Assembly: GCA_040218735.1 (NCBI GenBank)
Contig: JAVJQW010000070.1
Span: forward strand, 320,001 to 384,000
DNA: 64,000 nucleotides
DNA from: Deltaproteobacteria bacterium
GTDB lineage: Bacteria; Myxococcota; Kuafuiibacteriia; Kuafuiibacteriales; Kuafuiibacteriaceae
Reading direction: 5' to 3'
Position 1 is the first letter of the stretch, and the number at the start of each line of letters is the position of its first letter. Below, piece after piece: positions 39,007 to 48,191 of this stretch. The notes below the pieces were generated by a model. The model was given only the letters and a program-made list of their open reading frames with translations. It made no database searches and was not told the DNA's origin. Both the position numbers and the translations under genes were made by a program.

Positions 39007-40098
39007 TCACGCGCGGGTCCGAAGCAGCCGCAGCAACCCGCCGCCCAGGCCGGGCACCCCACCGACCGTCGCGACCAGCCTCGACGCCCAGCGCGGCGAC
39101 AGCAGCGCGGTCTGGAGCCGGCGCGCGAGCGCCATCCGTACGCCGAACCGACGGCGCCAACGCCGATCCCAGCTCCGACCGTCGCCGCCCTCCAACACCA
39201 GGTCCGCCAACAGCACCGCCGACTCGATCGCCATGGCCTGCCCGTCGCCCGCCAGCGGCGCGATCATCGCGGCGGCGTCCCCGACGAAGAGCACGCCGTC
39301 CTCGTGCCGTGTCTTGTCGACGAACGGGACCTGCGCCACCGCGAGCGGTTCCCCGGCCGGTTCCAGCGTGGCCAACCGCCGCGCCAGGGGTGCGCTCGCT
39401 TCGTTCAGGTGCGCCGCGACCCGGGACCACTCCGCCCCGCCGATCGAACGCACCACGCGCTCCTCCAGGAGCATGCACACGTTCACGATGCCCCCCTCGA
39501 CGTGGCTCATCCCGCAGTACCCCCCGTCGAACGTGTGAATCTCCACGCCGCCCGCGAGATCGTCCGCACCCCGGTGGTGGCGCTTGAGGCCGACGAACGG
39601 GTGACGCCGTTCGAGGAATGTTCGGTCGAGCTGTTTGTCGATCCGCGACCGCCGGCCCTGCGCCCCGATTACGAGGTCCGCCGCGTACGACGTGCCCCCG
39701 CCGTGCACGATCCACCCCGCCCCCGTCCGCTCGATGCGCTCCACCTCGCAGCCCTCGACGCCGGTCGCACCACTCGCGACGGCGTGAGCGAACAGCCGCT
39801 GGTCCAGGGTCCGCCGGCTCACGCCGATCGCGGGCGTCGGCAGATCGATGTGCGCCTCCGCGCCGTCCGCCGCGGTGAAACGTGCGCCAAAGATCCGCGG
39901 CGGCGACACCTCGTCGATCGCCGCCATCACCTCGAGCTCCGAGAGCCACGAGACGACGTCGCCGGAGAGGAACTCACCGCAGAGTTTGTCGCGCGGGAAC
40001 GTGTCGCGTTCGAGGATCGTGACGTCGCGTCCGGCGCGCGCGAGCCGCGCGGCGACCGTCGCGCCCGCGGGTCCGCCGCCGATCACCACGACGTTCAT
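39007..40098 (-). CDS. FAD-dependent oxidoreductase (geranylgeranyl reductase/flavin hydroxylase-like)
   Basis: VVVIGGGPAG, FPRDKLCGE, VGDAAAMIAPLAGDGQAMA; ATGA overlap with the PKS gene. Confidence 0.88.
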   Translation of the reverse strand: MNVVVIGGGPAGATVAARLARAGRDVTILERDTFPRDKLCGEFLSGDVVSWLSELEVMAAIDEVSPPRIFGARFTAADGAEAHIDLPTPAIGVSRRTLDQRLFAHAVASGATGVEGCEVERIERTGAGWIVHGGGTSYAADLVIGAQGRRSRIDKQLDRTFLERRHPFVGLKRHHRGADDLAGGVEIHTFDGGYCGMSHVEGGIVNVCMLLEERVVRSIGGAEWSRVAAHLNEASAPLARRLATLEPAGEPLAVAQVPFVDKTRHEDGVLFVGDAAAMIAPLAGDGQAMAIESAVLLADLVLEGGDGRSWDRRWRRRFGVRMALARRLQTALLSPRWASRLVATVGGVPGLGGGLLRLLRTRA

Positions 40099-41216
40099 CG
40101 AAGGACGTCGATCGTCGCGCCTTCCATCGTGAGCCCCGGGCCGAAGCCGAGCACACAGACGCGGTCCCCCGCCGAACGGCGCGCGAGCGCGCGGTCGAGC
40201 ACGAAGAGGATGGTGGCGCTGGAGAGGTTGCCGTGTTCGCGGAGCACGTCGAACGATGCGAACAGATCGTCCTTCGTCAGATCGAGCGCGTTGGCGACCG
40301 CTTCGACGATGCGTCGACCGCCGGGGTGCACCGCCCATCCGAGCGCGCCGGGAGCGTCATCGACGAGCGCCTCCACGAAGGCACGCGCGTGCTGCTCGAT
40401 CGTCTTCGGAACGGACGGGTCGAGGTGCATCACGAACCCGTGGTCGCCGATGTCCCAGCGCATCTGATCCGCGCTGTCGGCGGTAACCTCGGAGCGCGTC
40501 GCGCGCACACGCGCGCGGCCCGGCCCTTCGCTCGAATAGACCGCGGACGATGCGCCGTCCCCGAAGAGGAGGTTCGCGACCTGCAGCGAGGCGTCCGGCG
40601 TGCGTTGGTAGTGGAGCGAGCAGAGCTCCACCGCGACCTGGAGCACGACGGCCTTCGGGTCCGCGCGCACGATCTGATCCGCGAGGCGAAGCGCGTTGAT
40701 GCCGGCGTAACAACCCATGAAGCCGACGACCGTGCGCTGCACGTCCGGCCGCAGGCCGAGCCGACGGATGAGCTGGATGTCGGGCCCCGGCGCAAAGAAG
40801 CCGGTGCAGGTGCTCAGGACCAGGTGGGTGACGGACGCCGGATCCACGTCGCCGTCCGCGAGCGCGCGCCGCGCCGCTTCTTCGGCGAGGACGGGCGCCG
40901 CCTCGGTGTACCGCGCCATGCGCTGCGCGGTGGTGGGGAACGGGTCGAGCGACCACGACGCCGGGAAGAACTCGAAGCGCGCGGGCTCCTTCTCCAGGAA
41001 GTCCGGCAACACCGTCGCCCGCTGCTCGACGCCGGAGCGCTGCGCCATCGACGCCACCATCCGCACCAAGCGAGGTGTGCAGTCCGGCTGCGCCTCGAGC
41101 GCGCGGGTCAGGAACTCGACGGTGTCCTCGGTGCGCGCGGCGTGCGGCGGCACGGCGGTGCCGATGCCCCGCAGGATCGCCCCGCCTTGATCTGCGCGAC
41201 CGTTGGGCCTCAGCAT
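40095..41216 (-). CDS. Type III polyketide synthase (chalcone/stilbene synthase family)
   Basis: Cys-His-Asn triad in FMGCYAG, AVHPGG and GNLSS; VELCSLH, FGPGLTME. Confidence 0.93.
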   Translation of the reverse strand: MLRPNGRADQGGAILRGIGTAVPPHAARTEDTVEFLTRALEAQPDCTPRLVRMVASMAQRSGVEQRATVLPDFLEKEPARFEFFPASWSLDPFPTTAQRMARYTEAAPVLAEEAARRALADGDVDPASVTHLVLSTCTGFFAPGPDIQLIRRLGLRPDVQRTVVGFMGCYAGINALRLADQIVRADPKAVVLQVAVELCSLHYQRTPDASLQVANLLFGDGASSAVYSSEGPGRARVRATRSEVTADSADQMRWDIGDHGFVMHLDPSVPKTIEQHARAFVEALVDDAPGALGWAVHPGGRRIVEAVANALDLTKDDLFASFDVLREHGNLSSATILFVLDRALARRSAGDRVCVLGFGPGLTMEGATIDVLR

Positions 41217-41237
41217 GGTCGGGTGACGCTCCGTCTC

Positions 41238-41828
41238 ATGGTGTACGACAAAACGTGTACCGGGCGGGGGCTGCTCCCGGGGCTCACGCACTCCTGGATG
41301 GCGGGCGCACGGCTGTACGGGGCGCTGGGCCGACTCGACGCGTCGTTCGGCGCGACGAGCTGGTCCGAAGCCCTAGACTTCTGCGCGACCTACCGACCGG
41401 AGGCGACGATACGCGAAATTCAGTTCTGGGGGCACGGAAACTGGGGCACCGCCAAGATCGACGGCGAGGTCCTGAGCGTCGATTCACTCCAGACGAACCA
41501 TCCGCACCGCCCGCTCCTCGAGCGCGTACGCGACCGCTTCGAGCCCGACGGCCTTTGGTGGTTCCGCACCTGTGAGACGTTCGGGACCGAACGCGGTCAG
41601 ACGTTCGCGGCCGCTTTCGCCGATTTCATGCGCGTCCGCATCGCCGGGCACACCTTCGTGATCTGGTGCGCCCAGAGCGGCCTGCACACGCTCCGCCCCG
41701 GCGAGACGCCCGACTGGCCCGTCGACGAGGGGCTGTCGCCGAAGACCGACCTGCGCGCCCGCTGGTCGACCGTCGGTGCACCGAACACCATCAGCTTCCT
41801 CACCGGGACGATCCCCGAGGGCTACTGA
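41238..41828 (+). CDS. Hypothetical protein with possible His-Cys (caspase/DUF4347-like) dyad
   Basis: IQFWGHGNWG...WWFRTCETFG...FAAAFADF pattern. Confidence 0.55.
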   Translation: MVYDKTCTGRGLLPGLTHSWMAGARLYGALGRLDASFGATSWSEALDFCATYRPEATIREIQFWGHGNWGTAKIDGEVLSVDSLQTNHPHRPLLERVRDRFEPDGLWWFRTCETFGTERGQTFAAAFADFMRVRIAGHTFVIWCAQSGLHTLRPGETPDWPVDEGLSPKTDLRARWSTVGAPNTISFLTGTIPEGY

Positions 41829-41862
41829 TCGCGGCCGAGCCGCCGAAGGATCTCGTAGAGTG

Positions 41863-43002
41863 ATGGTGAGTCTCGGCGTCCTGACGCTAACCCTCGCGCT
41901 CGGCGCGAGCCCGGCCCCCGAGCCCACGACCCTCCGCGTCCTCACCTACAACATCTGGGGCATCCCGCTCATCACGCCGGCGCGCGCCGAACGTGTCGAG
42001 GCGATCGGCCGCGCGATCGCGGAGGTCGAGCCGGACCTCGTCGCGCTACAGGAGGTGTGGATGGAGCGCGACGCGATGGAGCTGACGCGCGCGCTCGAAC
42101 GCGCCGGGCTCCCGCACGTTCGACACTTCGCGACCACGTTCCCCGGCGGGAGCGGCCTGCTCGTCGCGTCGCGTTACCCGATCGAGCGCGACCACTTCCG
42201 CAAGTACTCGCAGGGTCAGGTGCCGCACACGCCGTGGCACCTCGACTGGATCGCCGGCAAGGGCGCAGCGGTCGTCGAGGTGCGGACACCGACCGGCCCG
42301 GTTCGCTTCTCCGCGACGCATCTGCAGGCCGGCTACGGCTCCGATGAGTACGTGCCGGTGCAGCTGTCGCAGATGCTGGAGGCGTCGGCGTTCCTCACGA
42401 AGCTCCCGAAGCGCGACGACGTCCCGCTGATCCTCGCGGGGGACCTCAACGCCGACTGGAGCGCGCTCCCCTTCCGCGTCCTCGCGGCGCGCGCGGGGCT
42501 GGTGCCGACCGACGCGCGGTGTGGGATCGACGCGATCTTGTATCGACCGGGGCGCCGCGTGGACGTGAAGACGGTAGCGGTGACGAAGGTCTTCGAAGCG
42601 CCGCGCGACGTGGACGGCGAGCGCATTCGCCTCTCGGACCACGGTGGCGTGTTGGCCCAGCTCGCGCTGGTGCCGGTGGAGCGCCCGGTCACGATGCTGG
42701 GCATGGCGCAGGATCGCTGGCGTACGATCGTCGAGGAGTCGAGCCTGCTCGTGGTCGCGCGGCTTCGTCGCGCGGAGGACGACCTCTTCCGCCACCGCGT
42801 GCTGGCGGCGGCGGGGTTCTTCTTGATGGTCGTCGCGCTCGTGTCGCGGCGCCGCTACGGCAAGGCCCGGCGGGTGATGGGGTGGACGTCGTTCGTGCTC
42901 GCATTCGTCGCGTCGTGGTATCTGTACCTCGGCGTTGCCTACGGCCCCTCCGAAATCGCGAGCCTCACGGATCTCTCGGCGCAGCTGTCGAGTCCGCCCT
43001 GA
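41863..43002 (+). CDS. EEP-superfamily phosphodiesterase resembling neutral sphingomyelinase (SMPD2/ISC1 type) with two C-terminal TM helices
   Basis: TYNIWG, LQEVW, GSGL, DWIAGKG, THLQAGY, AGDLN, LSDH; C-terminal hydrophobic pair. Confidence 0.75.
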   Translation: MVSLGVLTLTLALGASPAPEPTTLRVLTYNIWGIPLITPARAERVEAIGRAIAEVEPDLVALQEVWMERDAMELTRALERAGLPHVRHFATTFPGGSGLLVASRYPIERDHFRKYSQGQVPHTPWHLDWIAGKGAAVVEVRTPTGPVRFSATHLQAGYGSDEYVPVQLSQMLEASAFLTKLPKRDDVPLILAGDLNADWSALPFRVLAARAGLVPTDARCGIDAILYRPGRRVDVKTVAVTKVFEAPRDVDGERIRLSDHGGVLAQLALVPVERPVTMLGMAQDRWRTIVEESSLLVVARLRRAEDDLFRHRVLAAAGFFLMVVALVSRRRYGKARRVMGWTSFVLAFVASWYLYLGVAYGPSEIASLTDLSAQLSSPP

Positions 43003-43942
43003 GATCTTCCTGCTCCTCACCGGCTGCGTGACGCAGCTGCCGCAGGTCACTTCGACGGAGCGTGTGCGCGGGCCACGAGACTTCGTGGCGCCGGTCGGTG
43101 ATGCGTTCACGCAGCGTCCGCTCGAAGCCGAGGACCCGCGGTGGCGCACCTTCCGGGTCGTCTACCCCGCGCACCGCCCCGACCGCGAGGAGAACAAGAA
43201 CTACGCGGCGACGGTGCGTTTGCCGGTGGGGATGCCGCGCGGGTTGATCGTCGTACTGCCGATCCTCGGCGGTGACTACGGTCCGAGCGAAGCGTTCGCG
43301 ACGCACCTCGCGGGCGCGGGGTTCACGACGATGCGGTTCGATCGCAAGGCGGAGATCTTCGACGCGTCGAAGGACTTTCGGCACGTCGCGATGATGATGA
43401 CGCAGGGGGTGATCGACGTCCGGCGCGGGCTCGCGTGGGCGCGTCGGTCGCGCCTCGCCGGGCGCGGTCGCATCGGCGTGTTGGGGATCAGCATGGGCTC
43501 GTTCGTCGGCACGCTCGTGGCGGCGACGGACCCGGATGTCGACGCCGCGGCGCTCGCGTTGGGGGGCGCCGGCTTGCCGAAGATCCTGTTCGCGGCGCAG
43601 AGCGAGAAAGAGATCGGCGCGTTGTTCGCCGGGCTGCGCGCTCGGGGCTACGACGACGACCGCATCCGCGCCGAGATGGTGCGCGACCTGTCGAGCGTGG
43701 ACCCGATTCACTACGCGAAGGCGCTGGACCCGACGCGGACGCTGCTCGTGCACGCGCGCCTCGACGGCGTAGTGCCGTTCGAGAACGGGCAGCAGATCTA
43801 CGAAGCGATGGGCCGGCCGCGCCGGCTGGTCACGATGACCGGGCACTACACGGCGGCGCTGCTGTTGCCGGTGATCCTCGCCGAGGTGGAGGCGCACTTT
43901 TCGCGGCAGCTCGATCCGGTGCCGACTTGGAGGGCGCCGTGA
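42935..43942 (+). CDS. Alpha/beta hydrolase, probable lipoprotein (start uncertain)
   Basis: GISMG nucleophile elbow, LDGVVP, GHY; LLTGC lipobox-like motif. Confidence 0.75.
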   Translation: MPTAPPKSRASRISRRSCRVRPEIFLLLTGCVTQLPQVTSTERVRGPRDFVAPVGDAFTQRPLEAEDPRWRTFRVVYPAHRPDREENKNYAATVRLPVGMPRGLIVVLPILGGDYGPSEAFATHLAGAGFTTMRFDRKAEIFDASKDFRHVAMMMTQGVIDVRRGLAWARRSRLAGRGRIGVLGISMGSFVGTLVAATDPDVDAAALALGGAGLPKILFAAQSEKEIGALFAGLRARGYDDDRIRAEMVRDLSSVDPIHYAKALDPTRTLLVHARLDGVVPFENGQQIYEAMGRPRRLVTMTGHYTAALLLPVILAEVEAHFSRQLDPVPTWRAP

Positions 43943-44373
43943 TCGAGCTCTACACGCCGGCCACGCTCACCGACGAAGCGCTCGCGGCGTGCCACGCGAT
44001 CCGGCGCGAGGTGTTCATCGAGGGGCAAGACGTCCCGGCGTCGATCGAGGTCGACGGCCGCGACGCCACGTGCGCGCACGTGTTGTTGCGGGTGGACGGT
44101 GCACCCGTCGCGACGGCGCGTCTTCGCGTCGCGGACGGCCACGCGAAGGCGGAGCGCGTCGCGGTGCTCGCGGCCCACCGGGGTCGGGGGTACGGGCACG
44201 ACCTGATGGAAGCGCTGGAGAGACACGCGGCGTCCGAGGGGCACGCCGAGATCATCCTCGGCGCGCAGGTGCAGGTGGTGTCGTTCTACGAAGCGCGCGG
44301 GTACGTCGCGTACGGTGAGCCGTACGAGGAGGCGGGCATCCAGCACCGCATGATGCGAAGGGCCCTGCCGTGA
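43939..44373 (+). CDS. GNAT acetyltransferase (ElaA/YjcF-like)
   Basis: IRREVFIEGQ, RVAVLAAHRGRGYG, FYEARGY, EAGIQH; GTG overlaps the upstream stop. Confidence 0.9.
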   Translation: MIELYTPATLTDEALAACHAIRREVFIEGQDVPASIEVDGRDATCAHVLLRVDGAPVATARLRVADGHAKAERVAVLAAHRGRGYGHDLMEALERHAASEGHAEIILGAQVQVVSFYEARGYVAYGEPYEEAGIQHRMMRRALP

Positions 44374-44843
44374 AGACCAACGCGTGCCGCGTGCTCGAAA
44401 AACACGGCGTCGACTACGAGCTGATCACCTACGAGGGCGACCCCACGACGATGGAGCCGGACGTGCTCGCGGCGGCGATCGGCCACCCGGCGGAGCAGAT
44501 CTTCAAGACGTTGATCGTCGAGGGCGACAAGACGGGCATCTTCATCGCGGTGGTCTCGATCGCGGAGTCGATCGACCTGCGCGCCCTCGCGCGCGCGACC
44601 AAGAACAAGAAGGTGCAGCTCGCGCCCATCTCTCGCCTGCGCGCGCTGACGGGTTACATGCGTGGCGCGGTGACGGCGCTGGCGACGACGCGCCCGTGGC
44701 CGGTGTGGGTCGACGAGAAGGTGATCCTCTACGATCGCTTCGGTGTGTCGGCCGGTGAGAAGGGGCTCGAGCTGTGGCTGGCGCCCGACGACTACCTGCG
44801 TGTGCTCGACGCGAAGACCGCGGAGTTCGGGGTCATCGCTTGA
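44370..44843 (+). CDS. ybaK: Cys-tRNA(Pro) deacylase / aminoacyl-tRNA editing protein
   Basis: MKTNACRVL, QIFKTL, LTGYMRG, VSAGEKG. Confidence 0.9.
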   Translation: MKTNACRVLEKHGVDYELITYEGDPTTMEPDVLAAAIGHPAEQIFKTLIVEGDKTGIFIAVVSIAESIDLRALARATKNKKVQLAPISRLRALTGYMRGAVTALATTRPWPVWVDEKVILYDRFGVSAGEKGLELWLAPDDYLRVLDAKTAEFGVIA

Positions 44844-45591
44844 GATCCGCGATGCCGTCCTGCGGGCCGTCCAGGAACGCGAAGGCGGCCTCCCGGCGTG
44901 CCGACTCGCTCTGGATCGCATCGAGGTAGGCGTCGATCTCTTCGAGGCGCTTGCGCAGCGGTCCGAAGCTCGCCGCCGGGCCGATGCGCTCCGAGAGCTC
45001 GTGTTTCTCGGCGTCGAACGCCTCGATCTCGGCGCGAAGCGCCTTCGTCCGGCCCTCCACGAGTGCCGGCGCGGGCAGCGGTGGCGGCGTCGGCGCCTGG
45101 GGCGGCTTAGCCAGCTTCTGCGCGACGGGGTCCACCGAGAACGCCAGAGCGTAGTGCTCCGCCGTGACTTGGAGGTCGATGATGCGCAGCATCGGCGCCT
45201 CGTCACGGAGCACGCGGAGGACACGCCGAGCACCGTCACGACCGTCCCGGCCCTGAAGGATGATCGCCAGCGTCCCGCCCTCCGTCGTCTCCTCGGTGAC
45301 CTCGCACCCGGTCTTCCGCTGCAACCAACGAACCCGATCGACGTCTGGCGCGAGCGGCCCGAGCCGCGCGGCCACGCCGGCCTCGAGCTCGGCCATGTGG
45401 CGCCGGTACTTGTCGATGTTCGCGGGGTGCCCGATCGCTCGCAGATCCAAGAGCTCGAACTCGAGCTCGCGGTGCCGCCGGACGATCACGTCTTCGTCCG
45501 CCGCGGTGGGGAGCGCTGATGCGTAGAGCCCGACGCCCACGAGGGCGGTCACGATGGCGACGAGGACCAGGCGTCCGGCGGAGAGCTTCAC
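44833..45591 (-). CDS. Hypothetical bitopic membrane protein (TM plus coiled coils; weak PilO/GspM-like resemblance)
   Basis: GTG 45591 just downstream of the tRNA; TM LVLVAIVTALVGVGLYA; the track's extension to 46209 runs through the tRNA and is spurious. Confidence 0.6.
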   Translation of the reverse strand: MKLSAGRLVLVAIVTALVGVGLYASALPTAADEDVIVRRHRELEFELLDLRAIGHPANIDKYRRHMAELEAGVAARLGPLAPDVDRVRWLQRKTGCEVTEETTEGGTLAIILQGRDGRDGARRVLRVLRDEAPMLRIIDLQVTAEHYALAFSVDPVAQKLAKPPQAPTPPPLPAPALVEGRTKALRAEIEAFDAEKHELSERIGPAASFGPLRKRLEEIDAYLDAIQSESARREAAFAFLDGPQDGIADLKR

Positions 45592-45637
45592 CTCTTCCGA
45601 ACGTAACCACGGAGGGCCCGCGGTCCATCGCGGGGAG

Positions 45638-45711
45638 CACACCCAGAGGGACTCGAACCCCCAACCCCTGGATTCGAAGTCCAGTGCTCTATCCAATTGA
45701 GCTATGGGTGC
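45638..45711 (-). tRNA. tRNA-Arg, anticodon UCG; CCA not encoded
   Basis: GCACCCA/TGGGTGT acceptor stem, TAGCTCAATTGGATAGAGC D-arm, CTGGA-CTTCGAA-TCCAG anticodon arm, GGTTCGAGTCC T-arm. Confidence 0.95.
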
Positions 45712-45758
45712 GTAGCGGTCGCGGACCGTAGCAAACCGCGCCGAAAAAAACACCCCAA

Positions 45759-47066
45759 TCAGCGCAGGGCGAGGCGGGTCTGGAAGCGGGCGAAGTCGGC
45801 GTCGAAGGCCTCGATGCCCGCGCGCATCAGGGCGCGCAGCTCGACGCGCTCGGCGTCGGAGAAGCGGAGGCGCTGGGCGAGCCGGAGCAGGAAGGTGACG
45901 AAGTCCTGCTGCTCGAGCTCGACGTCCGCGCCGAAGGCAATCGCGCCGTTCGGCTGCGTGGGGAACGCGCTCCACCAGCGGGCGCCGACGCCGTTGCTCT
46001 GCGTCAGCACGCGGAAGAAGTCGCCGACGAGCGTCTCGAGGTCGGAGGGGATCAGGACGTCGACGAGCGTCGCGTCCACCGCGACGCGCGGCATGCGCTT
46101 CAGCGTGGAGACCAGCCGCACCTCGTCGTCGGTGCGAACCACGTCGGTCGTCACCGAGAGGTCGGCGATGTGCATCGACACGCCGGGGGAGTCGGAGTCG
46201 AGCTCCCACGTGGTCTGGTAGCGGCTCTTCTGCAGGCGCGCGAGGTTCAGCGGGAACGTCGCCACCGACTCACGGCGCGCGCTGTCGACCTTGGCGATCA
46301 GCACGGTCTTTTTGTCCGCTCCTTGGATGCGGAACCGCGAGCTCGCGAGGCCCGCGCCGCGCTCGAGCGTCGCGGCGACACCTGGGTAGTCCTTCGCGAG
46401 CGCCTCCAGCTTCAGCCGCGTGGAGATCCGCGCACGCACCCCCCCGCCGTCCGCGGCGACGAGATCCCTGAACTCGATGTACTTCTCGACGAGCGACGTC
46501 GTCGCCGGGAACGCGGAGCGCAGCTCGGCGCGCAGCTTCTCGTCGCAGGCGTCGAGGCCCTTCTTCGCCGTGCACCCGCGCGTCACCGCGTTGACCCAAT
46601 CGATGAGCCCGGCGCCCACCGCGACCAGCTCGTCCGCGGTGAGGCCGACGTGCATGCGAGCGTCCGATTGGAGGCGATACGGTTTGCCGTCGGTCGGGGA
46701 CAGCTTCAGCGTCAGGCGCCCGTCACCGGCGCGCCCGTCGACGCGTGGCCTCGACGTCTCGACGTCGTAGCGCCCGACCGGGTGAAGGCTGCCGAACACC
46801 TCGAACGTCCGGACCTTCGACTCGGTGTCGGGCAGCTCGGCGTACAGGCCTTCGAGATCGAACGCCCCGAGGTGCGAGCGCACGCCGTCGAGGCGCTTGC
46901 GTGCGTCGGGCGTGACGGCGCGCTGCTGCGTGAACGCGTTCGTGAGGCGCACGAGATCCGCGACGCGCACCACGACTGCCTGGTCGTCACCGAGCGCCGA
47001 CGTGCAGGACCACGCACCGAGCTCGGGGGGCAGCGCGAGTGCAACGAACAGTGCCCACCACCCCAT
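45759..47066 (-). CDS. Hypothetical secreted protein
   Basis: ATG 47066 with signal-like WWALFVALAL; 435-aa ORF. Confidence 0.6.
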   Translation of the reverse strand: MGWWALFVALALPPELGAWSCTSALGDDQAVVVRVADLVRLTNAFTQQRAVTPDARKRLDGVRSHLGAFDLEGLYAELPDTESKVRTFEVFGSLHPVGRYDVETSRPRVDGRAGDGRLTLKLSPTDGKPYRLQSDARMHVGLTADELVAVGAGLIDWVNAVTRGCTAKKGLDACDEKLRAELRSAFPATTSLVEKYIEFRDLVAADGGGVRARISTRLKLEALAKDYPGVAATLERGAGLASSRFRIQGADKKTVLIAKVDSARRESVATFPLNLARLQKSRYQTTWELDSDSPGVSMHIADLSVTTDVVRTDDEVRLVSTLKRMPRVAVDATLVDVLIPSDLETLVGDFFRVLTQSNGVGARWWSAFPTQPNGAIAFGADVELEQQDFVTFLLRLAQRLRFSDAERVELRALMRAGIEAFDADFARFQTRLALR

Positions 47067-47161
47067 GCGCCCTACTCTACCCGATTGTCGCGCAGCCGGG
47101 CGCGACCCGATGTCGCACGGTTGCCGAGCGCGACACGCTGCGTTCACAGTGCGCGGCGATC

Positions 47162-48181
47162 ATGCTCCTCGGTCTCACCCCCGACGCGCTCGCGGCGCGC
47201 CTCGAGTCCGCGACGCGGGCGCGGATGGTGACGCGCGTGCTCGCCGAGGGCCGCGACCCGTGGACGGCCGAGGACGTCCCGGAGGGGGTGCGCCGACGCC
47301 TCGCTGCCACCTGCGCGCGCACGCCGCACCGCATCACGAACCGCACCGAGGCCGACGACGGCACCGAAAAGCTCCTCGTCGACCTGTCGACCGACGCACC
47401 CGGGCGCGAGGTCGAGACCGTCCTCATCCCCACCGCGAGCCGCAACACGGTGTGTGTCTCCAGCCAGGTCGGCTGCAAGCGGCGTTGTCACTTCTGCCTC
47501 ACGGGTACGATGGGGCTCGTGCACGACCTGCGCGCGGACGAGATCGTTCTGCAGGTGTGGCTCGCGCTCCAGCGGCGGCCGGTGCGGAACGTCGTGTTCA
47601 TGGGGATGGGGGAGCCGCTCGACAACTTCGACGCGGTCGCGGACGCCGTCACCGTGCTCACCCACGACCGGGGCTTCGGTCTGGCGCCGCGGCACGTGAC
47701 GGTGTCGACGGTCGGCCCGTCGCCGGAGGCGGTGCGCCGGCTGCGCGACCTCGACACCCGGGTCGCGTGGTCGCTGCACGCCGCGGACGACGACGTCCGG
47801 GCGCGGATCATCGGCACGCACCGGCACCCGGTCGCGGCGCTGCGCGATGCGTTCTTCGAGGTGGTGGGGAAGCAGCCGCTGTTCGTCGAGGTCACGCTCA
47901 TCGCCGAACACAACGACCGTGACGAGGACGCCGACGCGCTCGTCCAGCTCTTCGCCGACGCGCCGACCGAAGTCCGACTCAACCTCCTCCCGATGAACCC
48001 GATCGGCAACGCGCTCCGCCCCAGCGTCCGGGTCGACGCCTTCGCCGCGCGTCTGAAGGCGGCCGGGTTCTTCACGTCGGTCCGCCGCGCGCGCGGCGAC
48101 GATCAGCGCTCGGCCTGCGGGCAGCTGTACGCGACACCCCGGCGACGCGGCGCCCTTCGTTCGGGCGAGCGGTCCGTGTAG
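47162..48181 (+). CDS. rlmN: RlmN/Cfr-family radical SAM RNA methyltransferase
   Basis: CVSSQVGCKRRCHFC, VFMGMGEP, SACGQL; short divergent N-terminus, so possibly a paralogue. Confidence 0.8.
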   Translation: MLLGLTPDALAARLESATRARMVTRVLAEGRDPWTAEDVPEGVRRRLAATCARTPHRITNRTEADDGTEKLLVDLSTDAPGREVETVLIPTASRNTVCVSSQVGCKRRCHFCLTGTMGLVHDLRADEIVLQVWLALQRRPVRNVVFMGMGEPLDNFDAVADAVTVLTHDRGFGLAPRHVTVSTVGPSPEAVRRLRDLDTRVAWSLHAADDDVRARIIGTHRHPVAALRDAFFEVVGKQPLFVEVTLIAEHNDRDEDADALVQLFADAPTEVRLNLLPMNPIGNALRPSVRVDAFAARLKAAGFFTSVRRARGDDQRSACGQLYATPRRRGALRSGERSV

Positions 48182-48191
48182 GCTCCGCGGC

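Noticed and set aside
45600-45711. tRNA as the attachment site of a genomic island
   Set aside because: No integrase and no duplicated tRNA 3' end seen in the window.
44833-46209. 458-aa ORF spanning the tRNA
   Set aside because: Only the part from GTG 45591 looks coding; the rest reads through the tRNA and the upstream gene.
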